This document shows positions 1 through 9,927 of a stretch of DNA of 64,000 bases, one piece after another. How positions within the stretch are numbered: the stretch's first letter is position 1; the number at the start of each line of letters is the position of its first letter. The stretch spans positions 286,592-350,591 of the forward strand of contig CAVQNG010000004.1 of NCBI GenBank assembly GCA_963713825.1, given 5' to 3'. A program made the position numbers and the translations under genes. Under the pieces are notes generated by a model. The model was given only the letters and a program-made list of their open reading frames with translations, was not told where the DNA came from and made no database searches. The stretch comes from an uncultured Acidobacteriota bacterium (GTDB lineage Bacteria; Acidobacteriota; Thermoanaerobaculia; Multivoradales; JAHEKO01).

Positions 1-474
1 AAACGTTTTCGATCCGTTCAGGATCCAGTCTCCATTCTCCTCGACCGCCGTGGTCTCGAGCGCGAATGCGTCCGAACCCGAGTTCGGTTCCGTGATTCCG
101 GTGGCACCGATCGCAGTGCCCGATGCCAACCGTGGCAGCCACTCGTCCTTTTGCGCGTCACTTCCGAACGCACAGAGCGGGCCGGCACACGACGCGGCAT
201 GCGCGGTGACCGAGAAGACCAGTCCGTTGTCCAGAGCCCCATACCCGGCGCCCTCGAGCACAGCGACAGCGGTCAGCAGATCGTGCCCCGTGCCCTGCCA
301 TTGCTCGGGGATCATGATGCCCTGCAAGCCGAACTCGGCGCACGCATCCCACAGCTCTCGAGAGAACCGGCCGGCGCGATCGCGCTCGATCACTGCGTCG
401 ACCAGGCGACTCGAGGCAAACTCCACGGCGCCGCGGTTTAGCCTCGTTTGGTCATCGGTCCAGTCGAACTCCAC
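1..474 (-). CDS. Acyl-CoA dehydrogenase family protein, L-prolyl-carrier-protein dehydrogenase-like (5' part; runs off the window)
   Basis: Not in the ORF track. Manual translation from GTG 474 (GGAGG RBS upstream) gives [60 protein letters not shown]. TEPxxGSD and NGSKxF are ACAD motifs, and GYGxxDNGL is typical of the PltE/RedW group. Confidence 0.85.
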   Translation of the reverse strand, partial: MEFDWTDDQTRLNRGAVEFASSRLVDAVIERDRAGRFSRELWDACAEFGLQGIMIPEQWQGTGHDLLTAVAVLEGAGYGALDNGLVFSVTAHAASCAGPLCAFGSDAQKDEWLPRLASGTAIGATGITEPNSGSDAFALETTAVEENGDWILNGSKTF

Positions 475-646
475 TTGTCCTCCGATCCGAGATTCGGCCT
501 GTGCTCAGACTCTCTGTGCCGGGCCCTTCTGCGTTTCGCCCCTACCGCCGTGCGCCAGGCGCGCTCGATTCCTGCGCAGCCCTGACGCTGTGGGCCCGAA
601 TCGAATTAGGATTATGACACCACTCGTGCGGCATGGCGGGGGTGGC

Positions 647-1453
647 TCAAGGCGGCTTCAATGGCCCTTCGAGGCCTACCGTTCTCGGGGTCCAGTCCCG
701 CAGGCTGATGGTCGCATCCGGCTGAGTCACGGCCAAAGCCGCTGCGAAGCCCGGGGCGACTCTCAAGCGGTGCACGAAGCCCTTCGTCTCTGAGTCGCGG
801 GGGTCCACCCCTACGACCTCGGCGTGGGTGTCATCGGAAACGAGACGGATCTCGAAGCGGCTGAGCGGCACGGACAGACCTCCACCTCGAGCCTTGACCC
901 AGGCTTCTTTGCACGTCCAGTAGTCGAAGAACAGTAGGGATCGGACCTCGGGTAGCGCCGCGGCGATCGCGGCGGCCTCGGCTGGCGTGAAGTACCTCGA
1001 GGCAATCTCGGTGTGGTCCATGTCGTCTCGGATCTTCTCCAGATCGATACCCAATTCCCGGCGCACGGCGACTGCGAGCAGAGCCATCCCATGGGAATGA
1101 CTCGTATTGAAGCCGAGGTCCTCCCATGCCCTCTTGCCGACCAACCGAGGCTTGTCCTGAGGACCGTAATCGAAGCGAAGATTCCGCGGATTCTCCTGCA
1201 GGTAGAGGGCGAGCACGGTGCGGAGCTGTCCCCGACGCACGATGAAGTGCCGACGAAGCTCCTGGAACGAGAATCGCGACGCCCTGTGCAGCTCGTCTTC
1301 ACTCAACAGCGACCTCAGGGAATGCACGACCCCATCGGACACGCTCAGAGAGGCGCGCCAGACGTGCACCTGGGTGTCGGTCAGATCAGGGCTGGAGGAT
1401 TCGCTCAAACTGACCCGAACCTGACAGCGAGGCTTGCTGGAACCCGGACTCAA
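647..1453 (-). CDS. Sfp-type 4'-phosphopantetheinyl transferase (true start may be TTG 1408)
   Basis: FNTSHSHG, LGIDLE and WTCKEAWVKA motifs. Confidence 0.92.
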   Translation of the reverse strand: MSPGSSKPRCQVRVSLSESSSPDLTDTQVHVWRASLSVSDGVVHSLRSLLSEDELHRASRFSFQELRRHFIVRRGQLRTVLALYLQENPRNLRFDYGPQDKPRLVGKRAWEDLGFNTSHSHGMALLAVAVRRELGIDLEKIRDDMDHTEIASRYFTPAEAAAIAAALPEVRSLLFFDYWTCKEAWVKARGGGLSVPLSRFEIRLVSDDTHAEVVGVDPRDSETKGFVHRLRVAPGFAAALAVTQPDATISLRDWTPRTVGLEGPLKPP

Positions 1454-1994
1454 TCAGTACCTGGCGAAGGGTCTCGGCGTCGGAGAGACCCGGGCGTAGG
1501 TAGGTGATTCGCCCTTGGGTGTCGATCACCATCACGGTGGGTAGAGCATAGACCTGCAAGCTCACACCGAGAACTTCTTCGGTGTCGATCGCAACGGGAT
1601 ACGGAAAGGGACTCTTCTCGACGAACTCCCGCACGATGTCGTCGGGCTCACCCAGACTGATGGCCAGAAACTCGACCGACGGGCCCTGAACTTCTTTGTA
1701 GAGCTCCTCGAGAATTTGCGCCTGGAGACGGCACGGACCACACCAGGTGGCCCAGAAGTCGATAAGAACGACCCGGCCAGAATAATCGGCCAGGCGAACC
1801 CTCCCCCCGTCGAGATCGGGTAGATCGAAATCGGGCGCTGGAGGACCACCCTGTTGCTCGGGTGTCTCTCCAGCGCCCGTTTGGAGCGTTTTCCAGACCA
1901 GCACACCGCCAGCGATGAGAAATAGCAGTCCGACAACCAAAAGCACCGCACTCGTCGTAGTACCGCGGGGCTTGGGATGAACCGTCTTCGGCAT
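1386..1994 (-). CDS. TlpA/ResA-family thiol-disulfide oxidoreductase
   Basis: N-terminal TM helix; APDFDLPDLDG, FWATWCGPC and LPT motifs. Confidence 0.9.
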   Translation of the reverse strand: MPKTVHPKPRGTTTSAVLLVVGLLFLIAGGVLVWKTLQTGAGETPEQQGGPPAPDFDLPDLDGGRVRLADYSGRVVLIDFWATWCGPCRLQAQILEELYKEVQGPSVEFLAISLGEPDDIVREFVEKSPFPYPVAIDTEEVLGVSLQVYALPTVMVIDTQGRITYLRPGLSDAETLRQVLIESGFQQASLSGSGQFERILQP

Positions 1995-2056
1995 CGCCCG
2001 AGCTTATGTCAAAGCAGAGTCGCGTGAAAAGCTCGGTGCGGTCGCGGCCCGACCAG

Positions 2057-2689
2057 CTACTTCTTCTTCGCCGGGGCCTTTTTCTTGGCCGGGGCCTTCT
2101 TCGCTGCTGTCTTCTTCTTGGCTGGGGCCTTCCTTGCGGCCTTCTTCGTCGCTCTGGTCGACTTTCTCGCAGACTTCTTCGTCGATCTGGCCGACTTTCT
2201 CGCAGCCTTCTTTGTCGTTCTGGTCGACTTTCTCGCAGCCTTCTTCTTCGCTCTGGTCACCTTCTTGGCGACCTTTTTCTTTGCTCTCGCGACCTTCTTG
2301 GCGACGCGCTTGCGACTGGCGGCCATCTTCTTGGCAGCGGCCTTCTTCTGGGCCGCCGTCATTTTGCTGGCAGCCTTCTTGATCGCCTTCTTGCGCGCTG
2401 CGACCTTCTTCTTGGCCGTGGCCTTCCGCTTGGCGGCGATCTTCTTGGCAGCGGCCCTCTTCTGGGCCGGCGTCATCTTCTTGGCCGGAGCCTTCTTTGC
2501 TGCAGTCTTCTTCTTAGCTGGAGCCTTCTTTGCTGCAGTCTTCTTCTTGGCTGGAGCCTTCTTTGCTGCAGTCTTCTTCTTGGCTGGAGCCTTCTTTGCT
2601 GCAGTCTTCTTCTTGGCTGCAGCCTTCTTCTTGGCCGGAGCCTTCTTTTTCGCCGGCGCCTTCTTCTTCGCCGTACTCTTCGTAGCCAT
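2057..2689 (-). CDS. Histone H1-like Lys/Ala-rich DNA-binding protein
   Basis: 210 aa almost entirely K/A/R/T/P with PAKKK repeats; GGAGG RBS upstream. Confidence 0.85.
   Translation of the reverse strand: MATKSTAKKKAPAKKKAPAKKKAAAKKKTAAKKAPAKKKTAAKKAPAKKKTAAKKAPAKKKTAAKKAPAKKMTPAQKRAAAKKIAAKRKATAKKKVAARKKAIKKAASKMTAAQKKAAAKKMAASRKRVAKKVARAKKKVAKKVTRAKKKAARKSTRTTKKAARKSARSTKKSARKSTRATKKAARKAPAKKKTAAKKAPAKKKAPAKKK
2488..2619. repeat. Four near-perfect 33-bp coding tandem repeats (PAKKKTAAKKA)
   Basis: GAGCCTTCTTTGCTGCAGTCTTCTTCTTGGCTG units start at 2488, 2521, 2554 and 2587. Confidence 0.9.
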
Positions 2690-2954
2690 CGTCTGTTCCT
2701 CCCGCCCCTCCTACCGGGGCAATCGAGCCCTTACGCTCGACACCTAGCAAGGATGCGTGATTGCGCCTTGCCTAAAAGGGGCCGACGCGGCCCCGACGAA
2801 TGTCGAAGAAACGATTCCCTCGACACAGATTCCTGCGAGCCCCACTGGCTCGTATTCGCAACGACCTGCCGACTCGCCGCACGATGCGCGAGACCGAAAG
2901 GTCGCAAATCTGAAACTGTGAGGAGCACTGCAAAGGTTGGGTCGCTAGCCCGGC

Positions 2955-5777
2955 TCAACTACAGCCGCTGGTCGACCCACAGTTGAGGCATTTGTAGCAA
3001 GTCCCGTTGCGTACCATGATCGATCCGCATTCCTGACAACTCGGAGCATCCTGTTGGTAGAGGAAGGTTACCTTACTGTTGCTTTCGTTACCAGTGCCAA
3101 ATGCCACAACGTTCGTATCCGTGTTCGACGCTCCCGAGTCGGTCGTCTCCGTTGGTTCGTCTCTCAACACCACACCAGCTCTCTGCTGTCCCTCACGGCT
3201 GAGGAACTTGGAAGCCAGCCACCGGAAGATGTAGTCCATGATCGACTTGGCGATCGGGATCTCCGGATTGTTGGTGAAGCCGGAAGGCTCGAAGCGCGTG
3301 TGGCTGAACTTGTCGACGAGTGTCTGCAACGGCACGCCGTACTGCAGTGCAATGGAGACCGAAGTCGCCAGGGCATCCATGAGGCCGGAGATCGTCGAGC
3401 CCTCCTTGGCCATGACAAGGAAGATCTCACCCGGCATACCGTGGTCGTAGAGACCGACCGTGATGTAACCCTCGTGACCGTTGACCGAGAACTTGTGCGT
3501 GATGGCTCGTCGCTCGTCGGAGAGCTTGCGGCGGCGAGGCTTGCCCTCGGCGCTTTCGACTTCCTTCGTCTTGGTCTTCGTCTCCGTCTTGCTCGTCGAT
3601 AGTGGCTGACTCTGCTTGCAGCCATCCCTGTAGACGGCGATCGCCTTCAAACCCAGACGCCAGCCTTCCATGTAGGCATCCTGGATCTCTTCTGGCGTTG
3701 ACTCCTCCGGCATATTGATGGTCTTGCTGATGGCGCCAGAAACGAAAGGCTGCACCGCGGCCAACATCTTCAGGTGGCCCATGTGGTGGATCGACCGCGA
3801 GCCCTGCGCCGGCTTGAAGGCACAGTCGAAGACGGCCAGGTGCTCGTCCTTGAGATTCGGTGCACCTTCGATCGTGTCGTGCTCGTCGATGTACTCGACG
3901 ATCCCCTTGATCTCTTCCCGCTCGTAGCCGAGGCGCTTGAGAGCTACCGGCACGGTGTTGTTGACAATCTTGATCATGCCGCCACCGACCAGTCGCTTGT
4001 ACTTGACCAGGGCGATGTCGGGCTCGATGCCCGTCGTGTCGCAGTCCATCATGAAGGCGATGGTGCCGGTCGGCGCGATCACCGAGATCTGACTGTTGCG
4101 CAGACCCTGGCTGTCGCCGAGCGCCACGACCTCGTCCCATACGTCCTTCGCACCTCGCAACAGCTCCAGTGGAACGTGTGCCGCGTCGATGCTCTTGACG
4201 GAGTCCCGATGCTTGCGCATCACCTTCATCATCGGTTCTCTGTTGTCCTCGAAACCGGCGAACGGTCCCTCGACACCCGCAATCCTCGCCGACTGGGCGT
4301 AGGAAGCTCCCGACATCACCGCGCTGATCGCGCCGGCATAGTCGCGGCCCGCGTCGGAATCGTAGGGCAGTCCCCGCGCCATCAACAGCGCGCCGAGGTT
4401 GGCAAAGCCGATCCCCAGAGGACGGTAGTCATGGGAGTTCTTCTCGATCGCCGGGGTGGGATAGCCAGCGTTCTCGACGATGATCTCTTGTGCCGTGATC
4501 ACCACCTCACAGGCGTGCTTGAAGCTCTCGACATCGAAGCGCTCGTTGTCCGCGTTGTAGAACTTGAGCAGGTTCATCGAAGCCAGATTGCAGGCCGTGT
4601 CGTCCAGGAACATGTACTCGCTGCAAGGATTGCTCGAATTGATGCGAGCCGTATTCGGGCAAGTGTGCCACTCGTTGATGGTGGTGTCGAACTGCATGCC
4701 GGGATCGCCACAGACCCAGGTCGACTCCGCCACCATGCGCATCAGGTCCTGCGCTTTGTAGTCGTCGATCGGCCGCCCATCGGTGACCGCCTTGGTGGAC
4801 CATTCTCCGTCATTTTCGACCGCCTCCATGAACTCGTCCGACGCGCGCACAGAGTGGTTGGCATTCTGGTAGAAGACCGAGTCGTAGGCGCCGCCCGGGA
4901 CATTGAAACCGCCGTCATAGCCCGCTTCGATCAGGGCCCAGGCCTTGCGCTCCTCCACCTGCTTGCAGTTGATGAACTCTTCGATGTCCGGATGCTCGAC
5001 GTCGAGGATCACCATCTTCGCGGCCCGCCGGGTCTTGCCACCGCTCTTGATGACACCGGCAAAGGCATCGAAACCCTTCATGAACGAGACCGGACCCGAA
5101 GCGGTACCGCCGCCGGCCAGAGCTTCCTTGGACGATCGCAACGTCGACAGATTGCTGCCGGTGCCGGAACCGAATTTGAAGAGCATGCCCTCGGTCTTCG
5201 CCAAACCGAGAATGGAGGGCATCGTGTCCTTGACCGAGTTGATGAAGCAGGCCGAGCACTGGGGTTGTTCCTCGAGACCGACGTTGAACCAGACCGGAGA
5301 ATTGAAACAGGCGACCTGGTGCAGCAGGATGTGGGTCAGCTCGGCATGGAAGGTCGCGGCATCGTCGTCGGTGGCGAAATAGCCATCCTTACGGCCCCAT
5401 TCGGTCATCGTGTCTGCGACCCGGCCGATGAGCTGACGGACGCTGGTCTCACGGCCCTCGGTTCCCAGCTGGCCCCGGAAGTATTTGCTCACCACGACGT
5501 TCGTGGCAGTCTGGGACCAGGCCTTCGGCACCTCGACATCATTCTGCTCGAAGATCACATCGCCCTTCTCATTGCTGATGCGGGCGTCACGCAGCTCCCA
5601 TTCGACGGCGTCGTACGGATGGACGTCGGGCGTCGTGAACACACGATCGAAATTCAATCCGATCTGCCTCTGGGCGATGACCGCCTCGTCTCCACTGCTC
5701 TTACCGGTCAGCACCGCACCCTGCTCCTCTCCGCCTGTCGATTCCGTACGTACCGTCACTTCAAGCCCCCTGCCCAT
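2955..5777 (-). CDS. nrdJ: Class II (adenosylcobalamin-dependent) ribonucleotide reductase
   Basis: FNSPVWFN, CSACFI, NPCSEY and IAPTGT motifs; C-terminal TSCPD-like domain and Cys-rich Zn ribbon. Confidence 0.95.
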   Translation of the reverse strand: MGRGLEVTVRTESTGGEEQGAVLTGKSSGDEAVIAQRQIGLNFDRVFTTPDVHPYDAVEWELRDARISNEKGDVIFEQNDVEVPKAWSQTATNVVVSKYFRGQLGTEGRETSVRQLIGRVADTMTEWGRKDGYFATDDDAATFHAELTHILLHQVACFNSPVWFNVGLEEQPQCSACFINSVKDTMPSILGLAKTEGMLFKFGSGTGSNLSTLRSSKEALAGGGTASGPVSFMKGFDAFAGVIKSGGKTRRAAKMVILDVEHPDIEEFINCKQVEERKAWALIEAGYDGGFNVPGGAYDSVFYQNANHSVRASDEFMEAVENDGEWSTKAVTDGRPIDDYKAQDLMRMVAESTWVCGDPGMQFDTTINEWHTCPNTARINSSNPCSEYMFLDDTACNLASMNLLKFYNADNERFDVESFKHACEVVITAQEIIVENAGYPTPAIEKNSHDYRPLGIGFANLGALLMARGLPYDSDAGRDYAGAISAVMSGASYAQSARIAGVEGPFAGFEDNREPMMKVMRKHRDSVKSIDAAHVPLELLRGAKDVWDEVVALGDSQGLRNSQISVIAPTGTIAFMMDCDTTGIEPDIALVKYKRLVGGGMIKIVNNTVPVALKRLGYEREEIKGIVEYIDEHDTIEGAPNLKDEHLAVFDCAFKPAQGSRSIHHMGHLKMLAAVQPFVSGAISKTINMPEESTPEEIQDAYMEGWRLGLKAIAVYRDGCKQSQPLSTSKTETKTKTKEVESAEGKPRRRKLSDERRAITHKFSVNGHEGYITVGLYDHGMPGEIFLVMAKEGSTISGLMDALATSVSIALQYGVPLQTLVDKFSHTRFEPSGFTNNPEIPIAKSIMDYIFRWLASKFLSREGQQRAGVVLRDEPTETTDSGASNTDTNVVAFGTGNESNSKVTFLYQQDAPSCQECGSIMVRNGTCYKCLNCGSTSGCS

Positions 5778-6059
5778 GACTCAAGGCGTAATCGATTGAA
5801 TTGAATTTTCCACAGCATGCCCAGGCCACTGCCGGGGCTCTACCCCACAAGAAAGGAGCCTTCGAACGCCAAAACACCCGCTGGTGGCCCCTTTCCAAGC
5901 CCCTCGAAAAGCGCTTTTTGAGTGAGCTTGCCCCCTTCGAAACTCTGGATGTCTCGCCACGACCTGAAGTGCCTTCGACCGGCCGGTCGAACAAGCTTCG
6001 CCCTGGCATTTCTCGAGCCGTTTTTGCGACATCTCAACGATCTCAGGATGTCCTAGCTT

Positions 6060-6107
6060 GCACGAGATCTGGCGGGCTGTCAAGATGAAAACCACTACAT
6101 ATTGTGG
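6060..6107. promoter_or_regulatory. Tandem NrdR boxes upstream of nrdJ
   Basis: CCACTACATATTGTGG (6092-6107) and a weaker GCACGAGATCTGGCGG (6060-6075), 32 bp apart, matching [14 protein letters not shown]. Confidence 0.8.
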
Positions 6108-6233
6108 TCTAGCAGCCTGAAAGTGCCTCGATCGAGCCTCTCACCAACCGAGGGCACAGCTCCGAGGGCAGGGGCCCTGAGCCGCAACCTTTTGCGGCTC
6201 AATCAGATGCACCCAGAAGGGCCCAGGAGAGGC

Positions 6234-7664
6234 CTACCCCTGCGATTCGTCACCAGAATTTTCAAGATTTTCTGTCGCCGGGCCCGGGTCACCGGTGCCG
6301 AGTGGCTCGGCGGCACGAACAGCACGCAATTTCTGCCCGATTTCGCCCGAAACCGCCCCGTCCAGCACCAGAATGGCCTCTCTTTCGCTCGATCTGGCGG
6401 CCCAGCCACCCTCGGGTAGCTGTTCGAGGCTCAAGATCTCCTGCCGTTCTCCATCGGAAAGCGTGATCTCGATGTCGGTATCGCCGGAAGCGACTCGATT
6501 ACCGCCGATCTCGCCAGATCCTCCGACTCGTGCCGCCCTGGCTTCCACCAGCGCATAGAGCAAGTCACTGACTACCGTAAAGGAGATCCTCTCGTCGTCG
6601 CGCACCCAATCCGCACCGGCGCGTTGGAGCGTCAGCTCTCCCTGATCGTCCAGCACTCGAATGGAGTCGATCTGGTGGGTCTCGAATGTCGTCAGAGCCA
6701 GGGAGCGCCACGATTCTGGACCCGAGCTCAGGTACTCCGCGAAAGGAGCCGCAGTCTCGAAGACCTGATCACCGAGACGGGCGAAATGCCTCGTTGCCTC
6801 CGCAGACGTGGGTGCCCCCCACTCCAACTGAAAGACTTCGAAACCGCCCGTTGCGCCGACCTCGACCGTGGCGAACACTGGATCGAGACCCATGTCCGCC
6901 AGCGGGGCTTCCGGATCGTCGATGAACTCGTGCACCCTCAACCCGACGAGCGAACCTAGCAGTTCGCTGACTTTCTCTTCGTCCGCCCGGTCCGCGACAG
7001 GCTCCTCGAGCCAGAACGAATCGCCCTTGCGAACCAGTTGCACCGTCGCTGTTGCGCTCCTCAGGGTGACGCTCTCGATGGCGTCTCGCTCCCCCAGGTA
7101 GAGGTCTTTGCTGCGCCAGTCACCAGCCGGGTGAGACAGACTCTCCCACAGGGCGTTGCTCACGACGAGCGGCTGCCCCTCATCCACCCTGACAATCATC
7201 GTCTCCGAGGCGGGAACTTCACTGCCGACGACCAACTCCTGATCGCCCGTGTCGGTGCTCAGCACCAGGCTCGCCCTCGGCGCGTCCAGCCCGGCCTCGG
7301 CTGATCCCATTCCCTCGAGCTCTCGAGCCGTCTCGAGCGCATCGAGAGCATCCAGCAGCCCGTTGACCAGATCGGCATCGGCGCGGGCCTGCAGAGGCTC
7401 TTCGAGGCGCCATTCGTCTTCGAAAAACCCAAGCGACCCCTCGTCTTCCTCGCTGGCGACATCCGCCGGAACCCGTGTCAACCGGAGGCGTTCGCCCTCC
7501 AGCTCGATCTCGATGGCGTCGATCTCGCCGCGCTCGAAACGGAGGGCCTTCTTGGCCAACTCCCCTCTCTCATCGCTCGAGGGCAGCTGCCGCTCATAGA
7601 ACCAGATGAACGCCAGCAAGGCGACCACAATCGCAAACAGAATCAAGACCGACTTGGGTCGCAT
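6234..7664 (-). CDS. DUF4340 domain protein
   Basis: N-terminal TM helix, repeated WxLxEP..RAD units, and the usual position after a GldG-like gene. Confidence 0.8.
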   Translation of the reverse strand: MRPKSVLILFAIVVALLAFIWFYERQLPSSDERGELAKKALRFERGEIDAIEIELEGERLRLTRVPADVASEEDEGSLGFFEDEWRLEEPLQARADADLVNGLLDALDALETARELEGMGSAEAGLDAPRASLVLSTDTGDQELVVGSEVPASETMIVRVDEGQPLVVSNALWESLSHPAGDWRSKDLYLGERDAIESVTLRSATATVQLVRKGDSFWLEEPVADRADEEKVSELLGSLVGLRVHEFIDDPEAPLADMGLDPVFATVEVGATGGFEVFQLEWGAPTSAEATRHFARLGDQVFETAAPFAEYLSSGPESWRSLALTTFETHQIDSIRVLDDQGELTLQRAGADWVRDDERISFTVVSDLLYALVEARAARVGGSGEIGGNRVASGDTDIEITLSDGERQEILSLEQLPEGGWAARSSEREAILVLDGAVSGEIGQKLRAVRAAEPLGTGDPGPATENLENSGDESQG

Positions 7665-7667
7665 GGG

Positions 7668-9182
7668 CTACCTCCTGCGCCGCAGGTAGACGGTCACACC
7701 GGCCAGGATCACCAACCCGGGCAGCACAATCAGCACCAACCAGGTGAGTCTGGACAGCTGCGAGGCTGTCAGGCTGAGCTTGACGTGCTCGGGCCGCTTG
7801 GGCGGAATCCCGACCAGGGACTCCCGCTCCACCAACCAGTTCAGGGTATTGGCCAGCAGGGTCGCGTTCGGGACGTTCTGGAGCTGGGTATTGGTGGCGA
7901 GATCGGAATCGCCGATGACCACCAACCGCATCTCATTCGAAGGGTCATCCAAAGCGGGCTCTGTGGTCGCCATGTCCTCTCCATCGACCGTAGAGTCTTC
8001 TCTTGCAGCCTCGACTGCAACAGCCAGGGGGACTGGTCCCGCCAGGTCCAAGTCGTCGAAATCCACCTCTTGGAGATTGTCGATACCGGTCTCGCCCCAG
8101 CCCTCGGGGGTGGTGCGCATCAATTCCTGCATGTCGTACCCTTGAACCCCGGGGGCGAGCCCAACCGAGCGCGCCAGAGCGACGACCACCGGCAACTGAG
8201 CCTGATCCAGGCTGCGAACGATCGGGTGATCGCTGTAGGAGGTCACGAAGAGAGTCTCGGCCCCGAAAAATGGCAGCGGGTTCGAAGGATCGACGACGAT
8301 GTCCTCGCCGACCAGCACGCCGAAATCGACCAGCAAGGACTCCAGCCCGGTCTCTACCAGGCCGCCCCCTGCAGCGAGGGTCGGGTCCAGGAGCACCAGC
8401 ATGCGGCCACCCGCTGCGATGTAACTGCTCAACATCGCCAGCTCGGGCTCGAGAAACGTCGAATCAGGGCCGGCGATGATCAACAGATCGGTGCCCGACG
8501 GCACCTGGGATTGGCCGATCGTGGCCCACTCCTCGAGCTCGAAGTTGTCTTTGCCGAGCAGCTCACGGGCCAGCGACATGCCCTCGGGCGAAGCGTCGTC
8601 CAGGCTGAGCTCGCCGTGGCCCGTCGTGAACAGGATCCTGGGTTTCCGACTCTCCATCAGATCGAGCAGTGTGCTGGTGAAGACCTCCTCTCCTTTGAAT
8701 CCAATGAGCTGAGGGCCCTGCCCGTATTGCACGCCCGAATAGTCGTAGTCGGCCAGCTCAGTGCCTTCGACGATCCGGCGGTCGTCACCGGTGTCGAACA
8801 CCACCACATTGAGATGGCTGAGCTCGTACTGGTCCACCAGGGTTTGCGCCTCGAGGAGGTTCTTTTCAGGGTCCACGAAGCGCACCCGAATTCGAGACGA
8901 CCCTGCTTCATAGCGGGCCAACTGCTCGCTGGTGGCGCTGAACAGCTCGTCTCCAGGACTCATGAAGACCACGGCCTCGACGTCGCGGTCGAGATCGGCG
9001 AGGACGTTGCCGGTCTTCTCCGACAGCGAGTAGAGCCGGCTCTGGGTCCAGTCGAACCGTTGGTGGTACTTCCAGCCGAAGTAGTTGAGGATGACGAAAA
9101 GAGCGAGTGCCAGTGCGACACCGGCGCCGAGAAGCGAACCGGAAAGGACTCTTTGCCGCGAGCTTTTATCGAATCTGGCCAT
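7668..9182 (-). CDS. GldG-like ABC transporter auxiliary component
   Basis: RFDWT..YSLS, FTTGHGE, LVVIGDSD and N..LLANTLNWL motifs; N- and C-terminal TM helices. Confidence 0.88.
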   Translation of the reverse strand: MARFDKSSRQRVLSGSLLGAGVALALALFVILNYFGWKYHQRFDWTQSRLYSLSEKTGNVLADLDRDVEAVVFMSPGDELFSATSEQLARYEAGSSRIRVRFVDPEKNLLEAQTLVDQYELSHLNVVVFDTGDDRRIVEGTELADYDYSGVQYGQGPQLIGFKGEEVFTSTLLDLMESRKPRILFTTGHGELSLDDASPEGMSLARELLGKDNFELEEWATIGQSQVPSGTDLLIIAGPDSTFLEPELAMLSSYIAAGGRMLVLLDPTLAAGGGLVETGLESLLVDFGVLVGEDIVVDPSNPLPFFGAETLFVTSYSDHPIVRSLDQAQLPVVVALARSVGLAPGVQGYDMQELMRTTPEGWGETGIDNLQEVDFDDLDLAGPVPLAVAVEAAREDSTVDGEDMATTEPALDDPSNEMRLVVIGDSDLATNTQLQNVPNATLLANTLNWLVERESLVGIPPKRPEHVKLSLTASQLSRLTWLVLIVLPGLVILAGVTVYLRRRR

Positions 9183-9186
9183 CGGT

Positions 9187-9927
9187 CTATCTCCACTTCC
9201 TGGACTCGAGAGCCCGCGCCGACAGAAAGACGAAGAGCACGGTTGCCGAGAGGTAGTACACGAGATGTCGAGTGTCGACGATGCCCTTGCCGAGCTCCGC
9301 CATGTGCTGCCAGAGGTTCAGATAGGAGAGCGCCTCACGGATGGGTGCATCGCTGAACAGATTCTCGAGAAGCCCGAAGGTGAACAGGGGAATGAGCATC
9401 GCGAAAGTCAGGATGGCGGCCACCAGTTGACTCTTCGTCAGAGAGGAGGCGAGGAGCCCGACCGACAAAAACAGGGCTCCAATCCCCAACACGCCGAGGT
9501 ATCCGGCCAGCACTGGACCCCAGTCCACCTCACTGTAGTAGGCCAACAGTGCCGGGTAGGCCAGCGTCGGGAGCCAGAGAAAGCAGTAGAACAGCAGTGC
9601 CGCGAGGTATTTCCCCGTCACCACTTGGCCTTCGGTGACCGGAGCGGTCATCAGCACCTCGATGGTGCCACTGCGGCGCTCCTCGCTCAGCAGGCGCATC
9701 GTCAGCACCGGCGCCACGAAGAGCAGCACCAGCCAGAAGTAGAGCGTCTGCCCGAAGAACAGCTCCAGGGGAGCTCCGAACTGAGCCCGCGGGTCGTTCA
9801 GATAACTGACAATCAACCAGAAGACCAAGCCGTTGACCACGAGCAGCAGCGCCGCCACGATGTAGGCCAGCGGTGAAAAGAAGAAGGCTCTGAGCTCTCG
9901 ACCCATGACGGAGAGGATGCCCTTCAT
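9187..9927 (-). CDS. ABC-2 permease (GldF-like)
   Basis: RELRAFFFSPLAY and TMRLLSEERRSGTIEVLMTAP motifs. Confidence 0.9.
   Translation of the reverse strand: MKGILSVMGRELRAFFFSPLAYIVAALLLVVNGLVFWLIVSYLNDPRAQFGAPLELFFGQTLYFWLVLLFVAPVLTMRLLSEERRSGTIEVLMTAPVTEGQVVTGKYLAALLFYCFLWLPTLAYPALLAYYSEVDWGPVLAGYLGVLGIGALFLSVGLLASSLTKSQLVAAILTFAMLIPLFTFGLLENLFSDAPIREALSYLNLWQHMAELGKGIVDTRHLVYYLSATVLFVFLSARALESRKWR

Noticed and set aside
2700-2950. Hairpins upstream of the H1-like gene as a riboswitch
   Set aside because: I could not match them to the c-di-GMP, cobalamin or any other consensus by eye.
2006-2986. Plus-strand Leu/Gly and Phe/Ala-rich ORFs over the H1-like gene
   Set aside because: They are antisense readings of the Lys/Ala repeats; the RBS and gene orientation favour the minus strand.
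3774-5804. Long antisense ORFs (e.g. 3774-5804, 7785-9356, 20107-21900, 36396-38192, 45335-46903)
   Set aside because: They are shadow ORFs opposite well-supported genes, as expected in high-GC DNA.
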